DNA of 64,000 nucleotides from Amoeboaphelidium protococcarum X5 (lineage: Eukaryota; Fungi; Aphelidiomycota), in NCBI GenBank assembly GCA_023515725.1, contig JALDTO010000162.1:224476-288475 (forward strand), read 5' to 3'. The position numbers were made by a program, and so were the translations under genes. A model generated the notes under the pieces. The model ran no database searches. It had not been told where the DNA came from and saw only the letters and a program-made list of their open reading frames with translations. Shown one piece after another: positions 14,585 to 28,022 of this stretch (the first letter of the stretch is position 1; each line of letters starts with the position of its first letter).

Positions 14585-17500
14585 ATGCTAACATTGCCTA
14601 GCAAGTGTGAGATCACTGCTCTCTGGGAGACAGTGGAGTAGTTCAAGTACTTTGTACTGTAAAAGAGTAGAGGTGCAGAGAATATTTTATGGAAAAGCGT
14701 TGTGGATACTATACAGAATGTATTTGATACTAAACAACTACCATACAGGATATTGTTGAAGCACAATATGAATGCACCGATAAATGGAGAACATGCTCAG
14801 TTAGTGGCTGTTGCCAATGAGAGGAACGAGATTGAACGGGACTGGGAAAATGTTTGTAAGATTTTGAATGAAGTTATTGCACTGGATGATCCTGATGAAA
14901 TTGTCAACTACTGTATAATCAAAGTCTAATCTCTAGTGGCAGCCTCCAACCGACCTGTGGATGAGACTAGTAGTGATGAAAAGTTTCGTAATGCCAGTCG
15001 CTCCTTCAGGACCATCTTCAACCTGGCAGAGAATGAGCGTCTGGTCAACTTTTATCCGTGTGCGTGTCAGAAATTCCAAAATTAAGGCTGGCTGTACGTT
15101 GGTGAGAACTATGTGGGCTTCTACGCGTACGTTGTTGGTGCAGAGACTAAGGTGTTCATAGAGATGAAGGATATAGTGGAGGTGAAGAAGGAGCGGACTA
15201 AAGGAGGTCTCTTGGATGATGGCCTGCGAGTAATCACCCAAGATAAGAAGAGTCATTTATTTTTCAATATGATATTCAATAGAGATGATGCGTTCAGGTT
15301 GATTGAGCAGTTGGCTAGTTCTGCTGCTCAGGCTATTCTCAAGCACACCACTACTTCTGATTCCCCTGGTGGATAGATTGTTACTGATGGCACAAAGTCT
15401 CGAGGTCCGAGTGGATTGTAGAGTGTCGATGCCATAAAGTCTTCGGTTACTTCTGGCAATAAAAAGAAAGGCACCTTATCATCATCATTCCAACAGGCCA
15501 CTTAGGAAACTCTAAGAAATAATTTAGAGTCGGAGAATAGAAATCGAAATTTTTAATAATTATTTAGTCTACCTACGCAATCTACTCTTTTGGATGAAAG
15601 CAAAGCTGTGTTTTGGATGATGGACAATGTGGAGTTTGGTCGATATTATGGCAGATTGTACCTGGGTGATTGTCACATGTGCTTTATGAATGATGATGGT
15701 GTCTTATGGGCTATCATGCCTTATTTCGGTATTAGAAAGTTGGAACGAGTAAATACTGCCAACTAGATGCATGCTATTGTGGCCACAACTCTTCATGGTC
15801 AGCGTTGGAGTTTCCAAATCGGTGCGGATTCTTTGGTGTGTGATAGGATCTGCGACAGATTGAGAGATTGTCTGAGGAGCCATATGTAGAATGCAAAGAG
15901 TATTAAAGATTTTATTCGCAACTCCACTATAGAAAGATTATTGGACGGTTAGACTAGTATCGAACATGGCGGCTTTGGATTAAAGTATGGATTCATTGGT
16001 GATTAGAAGAAGAATAAAGAAAAGACCAAGATGAAGTATTGGATGCAGTATTTTCAAGAGAATGGACGTAATGTGGCAATGGTGTACACGCCAAAGATGA
16101 TGAGACTCATACGTATTGGTCTACCAAGTGTTTTTAGAGGTGAATTGTGGGAGTTGTGCGCAGGCGCATTCTGGGATAGATTTCAACACTAGGGAGAAGT
16201 TTAGCGCTTACTTGATGAGTTCAAAGACACCAAAAGTATGTCCATGGAGGAGATTGAGAAGGATTTGAACAGATCACTGCCCGAGTATCCAGCGTATTAA
16301 TCTGAAGTTGGTATTAATTCTCTGCGCCGGGTGCTTCAAGCTTACTCATTTAGGAATCCAGAGTTGGGATATTGTCAGGCGATGAATATTGTCACTTCAG
16401 TCTTGCTGATCTATATGAGTGAGGAGCAGGCTTTCTGGACACTGGCTGCTATGTGCGAGAAGCTGTTGCCTGGCTATTATAGCACCACTATGTACGGGGC
16501 TATGAATGATTAGCAAGTTTTTGAATCGCTCATATAGAAAACTATGCCTGTTGTTACTGATCATTTTAAACAGCTCGATATTCAGTTGTCTGTCGCGTCT
16601 CTCCCGTGGTTCCTCACACTGTTTATAAACTCGATGAACATGTCACATGCTTTGAGGGTGATGGATTGGTTTTTTGTTGAAGGACCGAAAGTCTTATTTC
16701 AGATCGCTTTGGCTATCATAAAAATTAATGGCGATTCTCTGCTGGCAGCAACTGATGATGGTGAAATTATGAACATATTCAAGTCCTATTTCTCCACTTT
16801 GGATAATCCTGTGGAGAATGTTGTCACGGTAACTGGCAAGTAGTTGAGTAAGTTTAACCAGCTGATTGTCATTGCTGGTAGAGAATTTTCTTCCGTCACC
16901 ACAGACTGTATTGAAGATATGAGAAAGAGTCACCAGCTTAAAGTCGTGCACGGTATTGAGTCTTTTGCAAAGCGTAGTGCAATTAGATATGTGTCTGAGC
17001 GAAGTAAACTGCCTAAAGATCAATTGAGTCTTTTGTATGATAAATTCTACTCTGTCTAGTATTATGCTTAGAGACGTGCTATGGAGTAGAAAGGATCTAT
17101 TGAGCCTTCGAAGATGAATTTCATAACGTTCAAATAATTAATGTCTGAGGTGGCTCTGTGGGCGAAAGACCAAGCGCCGCTTAGTCCCATGATGGATTCA
17201 TCTAGTTCTTAAGATGGTAATATCAAGTTTGGTGGTATGGATAAGAGGGAGGATGATGAGGATAAACGCGGCAAGGATTTTTGGAATCGACTATGGACTC
17301 GTTTTGATCAGAAGAGTAAAGGACACTTGAAGTTTGAAGATGTGGCTATTGGACTCTCAAAAATAGTATGTACTGATCTCCTTGGGCGTATAGAGTGGAT
17401 TTTTAATTTATACGATTCTAATTCTGATGGGAGACTTGAGAATGATGATATTATATAACTGTCTGAAGGTCTTTTATATCTACTGCGCAACGATAGTGAC

Positions 17501-18466
17501 GGGGATGTTGCTTTGACATCAATGTCTACATTTCTCACTAGATGCTATGAATTTTGCGATATCATCACAGATTCTGAGTCTTAATCGGGTAGTGCTATAA
17601 GCTCTCCAGTGCATGATAACTTTATCACTATGAACAGAAGTAGTAGTAGTGGATAGATGTTGGATACGGTGGTGGGTAATCAAGTCCGAAATAAATAGTT
17701 AAGTGTCGGTGCTCTTCGTGCTGTAATTCTGGCTGATGCGTTCCTCGAGCATTACTTTGATAAGACGATGCCTGAGCACTTTATATCTCTGCTTGCAAAG
17801 CCTAGTGTTTATCATACGCAGGAAGTACATACTTCACACAGGAAAGAGATTATTGATTAGCTTTGGAATAATACTAGAACTACTATGAAGGGCATATTCG
17901 CTAGGCGTAAGAAGACTGTCACTCAGCCGCAATATGAAGGCGCCATGGATTAGAATGGCGATGCTCAAAGTGCTTCCGAAATGTCATCCTCTGGAAGAAT
18001 TGAGACTGCCAGCGATACTTCATCGTAATATGCGTCGACAAATCAGCAGTAGCAGCATTAGACGTAACCTCTCATCAGTCCTCTCAAGGACGTAAGAATT
18101 AATCCGATATCACCAGATTCTGAATGCACTCCGGAGATTCTCCTTGAGGTGGATTAATTATTGTAAGGTTTGAATTTCTCTACCGATAATGACAAGACAT
18201 CCGCGTCAATGGGATCAACTGACGCTAATAGTGGTAGTACTAATTAATCCAACTTTGTTAATGGCAAATCGCTTTTGGATGATATGGACAATGATGCCCT
18301 GCTCATACCAGATATGAATGCAATGCCACCGAATGTCGGGCGGAAATCTGGTGACAATTAAGGAGATGATTTTGATTTGAAAGACTTTGATTCAGCCAAC
18401 TCGAATCTTGTGCCTCTCGATGAGGATATTGAGAAGTTTCTGCGTGAGCTGGATGCTAAAAGTTGA
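14585..18466 (+). CDS. Rab GTPase-activating protein with GRAM, TBC and EF-hand domains (TBC1D8/TBC1D9/Gyp2-like, 1293 aa)
   Basis: GRAM ([28 protein letters not shown]), TBC fingers IEKDLNRS and GYCQAMN, EF-hand [12 protein letters not shown]; continuous frame to TGA 18466. Confidence 0.92.
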
Positions 18467-18606
18467 TTTTGTTAATATGATATCAGCATAAAAATATACT
18501 TATTTGATGTATCATACTTTATTCTTCTTTAGGATTTTTGGCTATCTCTTCAAAATACTATCTCAATAGTGTACGAATTCTCAGCAAAGTACAAATGCTC
18601 ACTCAC

Positions 18607-20988
18607 TCACTCATCCTCGTCGAGACTGTAATCGCCGTACTCAAACATACCGATGCGATCCATTCTGGCCTCACGTTACAGAAACAGCAACTCTTTAACT
18701 TTGTCGTCTTCACTATCCTTACCAGCGGCAATCTTTGGGTCCACCTACGCCCAACCACCTGATACCAATTCCGCGTTGACAGAGTCCAAAATACTCTGAT
18801 GGTTCGCATAATACAAAGTCACGTAATCCTCACCGGCCAGCTGGTACTCAACAGTCGCCTGAAATTACTTGGAATCGACAATGGCACTTTCCAGATAAGC
18901 TTTAGCATCAGGACCATAATCCGAATTGATTGGAGGTGCTTTCACGAAAGCCAATCTCAAATCTTTCTCCTTTGGGCCCTCAGACAGAAACTTGGCCGCA
19001 ATTCTACCAGCATCAATTACTCGCACCACCTCAACGTTGATACTGTACGGCTTAAACTCCTGCTTCTACTAAACTTGCGACAACTTACCGCTATCTGCTG
19101 ACGGCTAGCTGACTGACCAGATGCCAAGTTTACAATTTTTGGCGCTAGACTCAGCTTCGTACAGCTACTGGGCAAACTTCAACTTATCTGCATACCATAC
19201 AGAAGCGAATCCCTTTTCCACCAACTTTATTGCCAAATTATTTTTATCGCCAGACATCAATTACAAATTACCGATAAAGTTTCCACCCTTGTCAATATTG
19301 TCCACCTCGATAAGTACGTCGTGCTGCAAAATCAGACGGCTCACATACGCGGTGGCTTCATCAGCAAATGGCTCTGACTTGTCTTATGGAGTACGGCCAG
19401 ACCGTGGAACTTTGACACCGGCCAACAGAAAAGACAGTTTACATTACTGCTTAGGCAAATACAATCTCAACCTGCCGGCATTAGAAACATACTCAACCAC
19501 AGCCTGAATTTATCCAGCACGTTGGAATGCATTCAAAAAAGACTTGGCCTTGGTTGCAGACTCAGAGGCATCATTGATTCTGATTATCGGCACCTATTTA
19601 TCGCTCCATACACCCTTCTTACCAGATTTGGCTTTATCTTCAGCAATAAGCAATTAATCATAATGGTGAGATCGATCATTGTCATCCTTCTTGTGTCTCA
19701 TAACGTACCCAAAGCCTTTTGTAATTAAAGCCTCAGCAATGTTCAATGGGCCCATGGTGACAGTGGCACAAGTCTTGTCATCATAATCCTGCCCACCCTC
19801 CTTCTCATACTCAACACTAACATGTACTTTCTATCCGATGAGTTTGGAGCGCATATACTCTCTAGCCTCCAGATTGTAGAAAGATTCCTTCTCATCCTTG
19901 GCTCGTGGTGGACGGAAACTGGATAATGAAATTTTACGCTCTTGAGACAAATCAGACGGATTACCAATAGTCAGAGTATCAGCATTTATAATTCTGGTGA
20001 CTATTCCATCAAACTGCTTCTTGCCAGTTCCAATTGAGGATTGCGATTGCTTCTACTATGACTGCAGAGAAGATTGGTACGCAACAGGAGACTGATTCCA
20101 GATACGCAACTACTTAGATTGTGCCTCTTACTATGCACTCTTATACTTGTCTGCATCAGCACTCAGACTAGACAACTGCCAATCCACAATCTTGGCGAAT
20201 CCATTAGCAAGCAGGAGCTCAGCAATGTTACCAGCAGGATGAATTACAGTTCCATAAAAGTTCTGTCCGACCGCACCTTCAAAAACAACATTCACCGATC
20301 TCTGCAACAGTCTACTCTCCACAAAGAACTTGGCTTCCTCAGCGTGTGGCTCCACCAGATCTTCCTATCCAGGCACGTCCTTTCTATAGATCGGACACTG
20401 AATAGCAGATAGAGCGAAATTGAACATTTGATAGTCGGAAGTTAGAACCTTGAAGTTGCCTGCATCATTGACCCGTTCAATAATAACGGGAACTTCCTAC
20501 TTACCATACTTCTTTACGAGTTGCAACGCGTCAATCTGTGGACTGTAATTAATGCTGACCACGGAGCGGCTATCATCAGCAGACTTGGTCCATATTCCTA
20601 CTCCCTTCTCCTAGGCCTCAGCTTCATATTGGCTCAATAATTGCACTTACTCATTAGCATCTTTAGTTCTCAGCTATGTGCACCCATTCTACACAGACAG
20701 TTCAGCCACATTCTGACCATTGAAGACAAGGGTAACATTCTCACGGCCAGACATGGTCTTATACTCAACTTTGAACTCAACCAGCTTGCCTACCAGCATC
20801 TTACGTAGAAATTCTCTACTCTCAAAAGCATAATACTCATCACCCTGATCATCTCTCCTACCAAGACGCGGCGACTGAACATAGGCCAAGTTGAGAACAC
20901 GTTCCATTGGAGGTTTACCAGCGACTGGATTATTTCTCACAACAATAGTGTCTCCAGACAGCACGCACTTGACAATACCTTTCTACAT
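18607..20988 (-). CDS. SND1: Staphylococcal nuclease domain protein SND1/Tudor-SN, apparently lacking the Tudor insert (793 aa)
   Basis: KGIVKCVLSGDTIVV, AFESREFLRKMLVGK, FVESRLLQR, DDRSHHYD, terminal GMFEYGD; repeated SN domains. Confidence 0.93.
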
Positions 20989-21552
20989 ATTGACTACACC
21001 GGAAATATGGTTTTCTTTAGATTAAATGTTAACTTTAGTTGATGAGTAAATTTGAAATGAAAATTGAATAAGTTGGAATGACTAAAAGAGAAAGATGGTT
21101 GATCTCCGCGTCTCTTTCTCACGTTCTAAAACGGAAAACTTTAGATGCGCAACGTTATTAAACGCGCTTTTAACTGAAGCGATACTTCGTTCTGAATCTG
21201 AATAGCAATTCTTATTGTCATAAATCAGTTTCACGCATACCTTTAGTTGGTATTAAATAGGCGAAACTAAATGCATTGTAACAAATCCTATTGTAAGTTA
21301 TCATCATAGAACAGAACCGCGAACATGATCTGAGCAAAACAGAATCCAGAAGAGAGCGAGCGATTAAGCGAAACAGTCGCTCACAGGTCGGCCGCTGACA
21401 CGCGTAAGAGACTGGCAATCATCAGAATTAGAACGAGCGCGTTTCGTAACCATTTCTCTCTTGTTACTCCAGTTGCGTATTTACTGTATCATCATTCAGT
21501 AAACCTTATTCATATACTCTGAAAACTAACATCTCTAATGCCAAGTTAGAAT

Positions 21553-22029
21553 ATGTCAAAGTCAATTGTCGCTGTCTGTGTGCTGAGAGGCGATGGTCCT
21601 GTCAAGGGAACTGTAACATTTAAACAAGACTCAGAGTCCACTCCTCTGCGTATTACTGGGGAGATTACTGGCTTGGCTTCTGGTCTGCATGGATTTCATG
21701 TGCACGAATTTGGTGATAATACTAATGGATGTACTTCCACCGGTGGTCACTTTAACCCATTTAACAAGAACCATGGTGCACCTGAAGATGAAGATCGTCA
21801 CGTAGGAGATTTTGGTAATGTGGTTGCCGGAGCTGATGGTGTTGCCAAGATTGATATTACTGACAAGGTGGCCTCTCTGTTTGGTTCCCATTCTATTCTG
21901 GGAAGAAGTTTGGTTGTGCATGCAGACTCTGATGATTTGGGTAAAGGTTTGAACTAGGCTAGTAAGTAGAATGGAAATGCAGGTGCTCGTCAGGCCTGTG
22001 GTGTTATAGGTTTAACCAAGTAACAGTGA
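21553..22029 (+). CDS. SOD1: Cu/Zn superoxide dismutase (158 aa)
   Basis: [44 protein letters not shown], and [13 protein letters not shown], which is reached only by reading through two TAG codons. Confidence 0.98.
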
Positions 22030-22161
22030 GCGCGTTTTGTTATGAAATGGCGCACTATGCTAAGATTAATATCATGTTATGCAAAAATATATTCTTTACT
22101 TTATTTAAAAGTTAAATCGCCATTCTTCTTCGTTTACAATTACCAACAGCAATTATACAAG

Positions 22162-23437
22162 TCAATCCAGATTCAAGTGAGGAGGTGGGTGTGATTTAAT
22201 GAATTCCATAATCGCGTCGTATTGCTCAAACTTGGTCGGATCTTGCCAAAACTTTGACCATTGAGGAAGTTCCACGGGATCTTACGGTCGACTTTCCAAG
22301 CACAGTCTTCGCAACCGATCTTAGGTGTAGGGTGATATGGGACGTTAGTTCATCTATCCAGTGGAGTGGATGTTCAGCTAGATTTTATACGCAGACAGGA
22401 GAGAATTGCGGTAGTGTGTTGTAGCAAAAAAGTTGAGGCTATCGAACGCGTAAGATTGGATTCCAATTAGAGACTCTTCTTAGCTATGGGCATTATCATC
22501 ACCACCGCTGTCAGATATTTCCTTATTGTGCATGAACTAGTTCAAGTGATGACAGTTGATTATATGAATGATGCAACAGTACTTTCGGTTGGAAGAGACA
22601 TGATACACATTATCATCAGATGCCACGCGTATTTAATCTGTGCGAGACTCTCTTCTTCCACGCGCAATCCTGATATCTGCAAATTCAACAGCATTATCAT
22701 TGTAATATGAACCAAGTTGAGGTGATTTCGCGTGAATAAACAGTTTAGAGGAATGTTGGTCAGATATATTATCCAGTTCAGTCTTTACTTTCCACTACAT
22801 ACACATGATTGTTACATAGATGATGTGTCACTAAGTCGTTATGTAAATTTACCTTGTTACAACTCTTGTCGAAACGATAGTGATACGAGTCTGCAGTTTT
22901 GATCTCTAGAGCCACTATGTAATACTAGAATTAATCCATATTAGTCATGGATATGCTGATAGAAGGGAATATCTTTCTCCCAGTCACTGTGAACATCATC
23001 TCACATTAGAGTTGGTTCAACGTTCTCCACACAGGCGCGTCATTTAACATTGCCAGCGGATGATTGTGTTCAAGACAGTCCACCAATAGATTGTCACCAA
23101 TTTTGTTGTAGTCATCAATTTCTTGATTCGATTATGTCAATATTTCAGAATGATCATCATTGTATTCACCAGTTAATACCAAAGGATTGATCGTTGTAAC
23201 AGGCTCAACAAGATTCTCGTATTGAAGTCCATCAGTGATTTCATAACCATCAATAACATAATGTTGTAACAGATCGCAATTCTCTCCCCACTGACTTAAG
23301 TGGACACCATTGAGCTGTTCATTATGATCACTTTGCCCATGCAGATTAAAGTCATCATCATTTTAAAATAACGCGTAATCGGCATCAAGAATCTGGTCCA
23401 TATCAACAAATCTCAACCACCAGTGTACATCAGACAT
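22162..23437 (-). CDS. Divergent T-box transcription factor (405 aa; intron 22795-22852)
   Basis: VWRTLNQLQCEMMFTVTGRKIFP, ADSYHYRF..W, LFIHAKSP..G, FDSLNFFATTHYRN, YKIQLN follow the T-box motif order (LW..F....EMIITK.GRRMFP / HPDSP / FIAVTAYQN / LKI..NPF). Absent from the ORF track. Confidence 0.85.
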
Positions 23438-23644
23438 TCTTAAATGAATGATACCCCCTTTTAAAGAAGATTTTAATGTCCAAATGCTTAGTTGAAAATA
23501 CTAATGATAAATTATGACCCACATAGTCATATAAAAAGTATACGTGTTAGTGCATGTTTCAAAGTGACGGCTAAATTGATTACAAACTGAATTGCATATT
23601 ACCTGTTCAAACGTCATTACCATGTCACAAATTTCAGTAACACG

Positions 23645-24678
23645 TCACTGAGACTTCAATTTCTACTCCAAAATCTTCTCCAGCTTCACAATATCTTCAG
23701 AAAACTTTCTAATACCTTCAGCCAACTTCTCAGTGGCACAGGCGTCTTCATTCAACAACCATCTGAACGTCTTCTCATCCAGATTCAACTTGGTCATTTC
23801 AGCACCCTTTGAGTCTTGGGCATTCAAATATCTAGGCACATTGTCAGTAGATTTCTGCAACTCTGACAAAAGAGCTGGACTAATAGTCAAGAAGTCACAG
23901 CCAGCCAACTACAAAATTTCACCATTGTTTCTGAAAGAAGCGCCCATCACAATAGTCTTGTAGTTGAACTTTTTATAGTAGGCATAAATCTACTTAACAC
24001 TCAGCACACCGGGATCTTCCTCCGATTTATACTCCTTACCCGTCTGCTTCTTGTGCCAGTCCAAGATACGACCAACAAATGGTGAGATCAGAGTGACTGC
24101 AGCTTCTGCACACGCAACAGCTTGTGGAAAAGAGAACAGCAGCGTCAGATTACAGTGAATCCCGTGCTTCGACTCCAGTTCCTTGGCAGCCTGAATACCT
24201 TCCCAGGTGGAGGCAATCTTGATTAAAACGCGTTCCTTGTCAATACCAGCCTCTTTGTACAGTTAAATTACACGCAACGCGCGATTGATCGTCGCCTCCT
24301 TGTCGAAACTCAGGCGAGCATCAACTTCAGTAGACACTCTACCAGCAATAATCTTCAGAATCTCAACTCCAAAGTTCACCAGCAATTTATCGACAGCCAG
24401 ATCCAGAGTTTCCTCCTCATTCTTGCTATTCTGCTTAGCGTAAGATACAGCGGCTTCAATCAATTTGGTATACTACGCCTTCTGAGATGCGGCCAAAATC
24501 AATGATGGATTAGTAGTTGCATCTTACGGTTTAAATTGCGCAATCGCTACATCATTAAAAGCGAATAACAATTAAGAAATCAATATTAAACTTTGTGATT
24601 AGACTTACTCTCAAAATCACCGGTATCAGCTACAATTGTAGTGTACTGCTTCAACTGTTCCAAAGCGTTCTGTGTCAT
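23645..24678 (-). CDS. TAL1: Transaldolase (323 aa; intron 24547-24608)
   Basis: [10 protein letters not shown][TAA=Q][51 protein letters not shown]. Confidence 0.98.
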
Positions 24679-24857
24679 ATTCACAATCGTCCGAGTGGGT
24701 TTTAGCGTGCGATATAATAAGTGCGAAAGAATCAAGAGACGGAAGACGCGACAAATAAAACGTGATAAAAGCTGCTTTTATATAAATATGGATTTGTAAG
24801 CAGACATAACAAATTGAAACAACAAGTAACAACTGTAACAGTCATCAATGGAATGGA

Positions 24858-25587
24858 TCAAGCTGACTCGATCTTGCGCAGTGAATCAAAAGCCATGGTG
24901 TAGAAAGTTCTTACTTCATTCCATTCCATTGCAGTGATGTTGTTTATCTACACGCAGTATACTAAATCGGATGAGAGTCATGCACGCGTTTCAACATTCC
25001 TAATGAAATATTAATCATACCTTTACAACATGAGGATTCAGAGAAGTGAGACCGCGTCGTAATTTCTAAGAGCGAACATCCTTCAGTTCTAACACGAGGG
25101 AGCGAACAACATGGGATTCGTCAATGTCATCTTGCGCCCATTCAAGAAAAAACTTGCTAATCTCAACGTAGTGAGATGGTAGCTGCGTAAATTACTCTAA
25201 CTTTCGCTCATCTTTCAACGCGTTTGTGAGCCAATCTACAAAATAAGAAAGGTAAAAAATTATACCTCTAGATGGCTGTGTATAATACAAATTACCGCTA
25301 TTGAACCATTGAGGAGTAATAACTTTGCATAATCCAGCCTTCTTAAGATGCATAGCCAACCATAATGGCACATCAACGTGTTTCAAAGGCATGAATGGTC
25401 CATACGATCCCTACATATTGAATTACGTTCCATCCTATTCTAAAGTTTAATTTGACAGGAAAATTACAGATATAAATTCCAATTTAGAAAGCTTGATTGA
25501 CGGTGATATTTTAATGAGCTCCTACTACGCCATAAACTCCATCTATTCTGGAGTGAAGCGTTATTGACTCAGGTATTGTGTTGCCAT
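24858..25587 (-). CDS. PSF2: GINS complex subunit Psf2 (179 aa; introns 25411-25467, 25236-25295, 24948-25020)
   Basis: FTPEQMEFMA, GSYGPFMP...VPLWLA, DVRSQKLRRGL, NNITAMEWNEVR; three GT-AG introns restore one frame. Confidence 0.92.
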
Positions 25588-25788
25588 ATCTTTTGCGCAC
25601 TCTAACTGAGTTGAAGTTTTACTGAGAGTAACGATGATCAGACGAATTAACAAAGTTTCGAGCTGAGTTGAAACAGAAGTAAAGTAAAGAGAGTTAGACC
25701 GTCTTCACCGTATACCTGGGAAAAAATGAGACAACAGTCCAATAAAATAAAGTGCCTAAAAATAAATACATATATAATTCAAATAACG

Positions 25789-27819
25789 TCATTCAGGACT
25801 TTTTAAAATCATCTTGCTTAAACTGACAACATCCTTCAAGGTTGCAACTTGCTCTTCATAATCACTGATTTGCTTCAACAGTTTCTCATTCTGCTCAGAG
25901 AGATTCCTCAACTGATCACTCTGAGACTATTGATCGACAATCAACTTTCTATAATTGCCCATAATTTAATCTTTCTCGGCTTCTTTGATCTTAAGTACAC
26001 TCTCTAGATATTTAATTTGTTCCTAATCTGAGAGATGGACACCATTGAGATCATTTTGCTCAATAGAGGCACGATTAATCAATAGGTTGAGTCTATCATT
26101 TTCTTGCAGCAGACGTGCCACGTCAGACTTGAAGTTGGCGGACTCCATTGAAGCTTTCTCAAGATCCACTCGCACTTGATTCGTTTATGATTTAAGATAC
26201 TAAATTTCCTGCTCTTTACCAGCAAGCAGCGCCTCTCTACTCACTAATCTGTTCTGAGCATCAGCCAAATCTGAAGATACGCGTTAAAGTTCAGATTCGA
26301 GTTACTATGAATTTGTTTATAACGCTACCAGTTGATCTTATACCTTTTGCAAATCCAACCTGTAATTCTCAATCAACTCAGTTTTCTAGTCCAATTGATC
26401 CAACAGCTAATCCCTCATCTTGTCAAACTCAAGTAGATCCAATCGAGCATCTGCCGGATGAGCCCCGCCAGGCATATTGCTCTGCTGTTGTATCTACTAT
26501 TGCAAAGTAGCTATTTCTCTTTGTTTCTATGCCAGTTGACTATTCAGACTATCAATAGCGTTTTGAAGATTATGCTAATTACTCACCAATGACTCTTTGA
26601 ACAACTCTGTTTGAGTTGTCTTGGTTTGCAAATATCTCCGTGATACAGAGATATTCTGATCATTGACTACTGACGTGGACTTGCTAAACTAGGCATCCTG
26701 CTGCAATTTCTACACCTCCTTTCCAAGATTAGCACTTTCAGACTTCAACTTTCCTAATAGAATACTCTTTTATCCCAACTCTTAATCTTTACGCTTCAAT
26801 AAATCGTTCAAAATCTTTACTTCAGACTCCAACTTATACTTGATAGCATTCTCCTTATCATGATTCCTTAAATCGCATTCTATCCGACTCTGCAATGGTT
26901 TCCTCGACTACTTGACAGTACGCTACAGAGTCACGTTGGCCAGTTGAGCAAACAATTGCTGATTTTCATCCAAAAGTCTAACCAGTTCCTAATGATCAAT
27001 TTAACCGTTTGCATCTTCCTTCATCAGAGCATAAATCTTGTCATTAGACTCGGAAAGCTACTGCAAATACATTTATACATCAGCACCGAGAGGTATCTTC
27101 ACCGGCTTACTCTTCTACTCTAAATCTTTAACTAAACTATCTAGTTTAGATATATCGGCAATCAAATCCTAGTTTTTACCGCGAAATGCTTTGATATCCG
27201 TTTGAAGCTTCATGTTCTTCAATTTTAAATCTCGCAGTTCTTGCCCTTATTACTTCTTATCAGCCTCGGATGTCTCCTTCACATTAGTGAACAAATCTTC
27301 ATAATGCTACACAATACTTTCAAGCAGGTATTAATGTCTCAAATTCAACGTTACACTCTACTCTTTCAGCTGTTCTTTTAATGACTCATTTACCTCCTCC
27401 AACTTTTAGCATTATCCTCGCACTCTTTTTAATTCCTTCTCAGCGATTATCTCTGTAATTTAAGGATCATTTTAGAATAACTGACGTGACTCTGAATTAC
27501 CATCGTCACCGCTATCAAATACTATAAAATCTTCCTCTGCCAGTCTCCTATCTTCCTAAATAAGCTCCATGTGAGGCACACCTTCTGATATTACTTCATT
27601 CAACTGGCGTTTGAGATTCTCATTCTACTTCTCCACAAACTTGAGACGCCCTTCTCGTTAAACTCTCAGCGACTGTTCATTCTCTAATTGCTTTTACACT
27701 GAACGGAAACTATTCTATAATTGGATATAATCTTTTCGCAGATTGATAATCTCATCTAAATGTTTTTTATTTTTCGCCTTGGATATTATTTAATCAATCT
27801 AGTCGCCGTACTGCGCCAT
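25789..27819 (-). CDS. Long coiled-coil protein of unknown function (676 aa)
   Basis: 2031-nt frame from ATG to TGA with TAR=Gln; E/K/Q/L-rich heptad-like composition. Absent from the ORF track because of dense TAR codons. Confidence 0.8.
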
Positions 27820-28022
27820 ATCAATAGACTTGATGGATACGTTGAGTGGACAATTATCTCTAGTCACTTCTTCGACTTGGTTTGAAACAAAAAGAACGGC
27901 AGCGCTTCAAGTTGAAACAAAGTCAAAATCGGCGATCCGAACACAACAAAGTACTTGATGAATAAACTCAATATCGAGTAAAACGATAAATGTATTTCAC
28001 CAACTCAACTTTCGCATAATAC

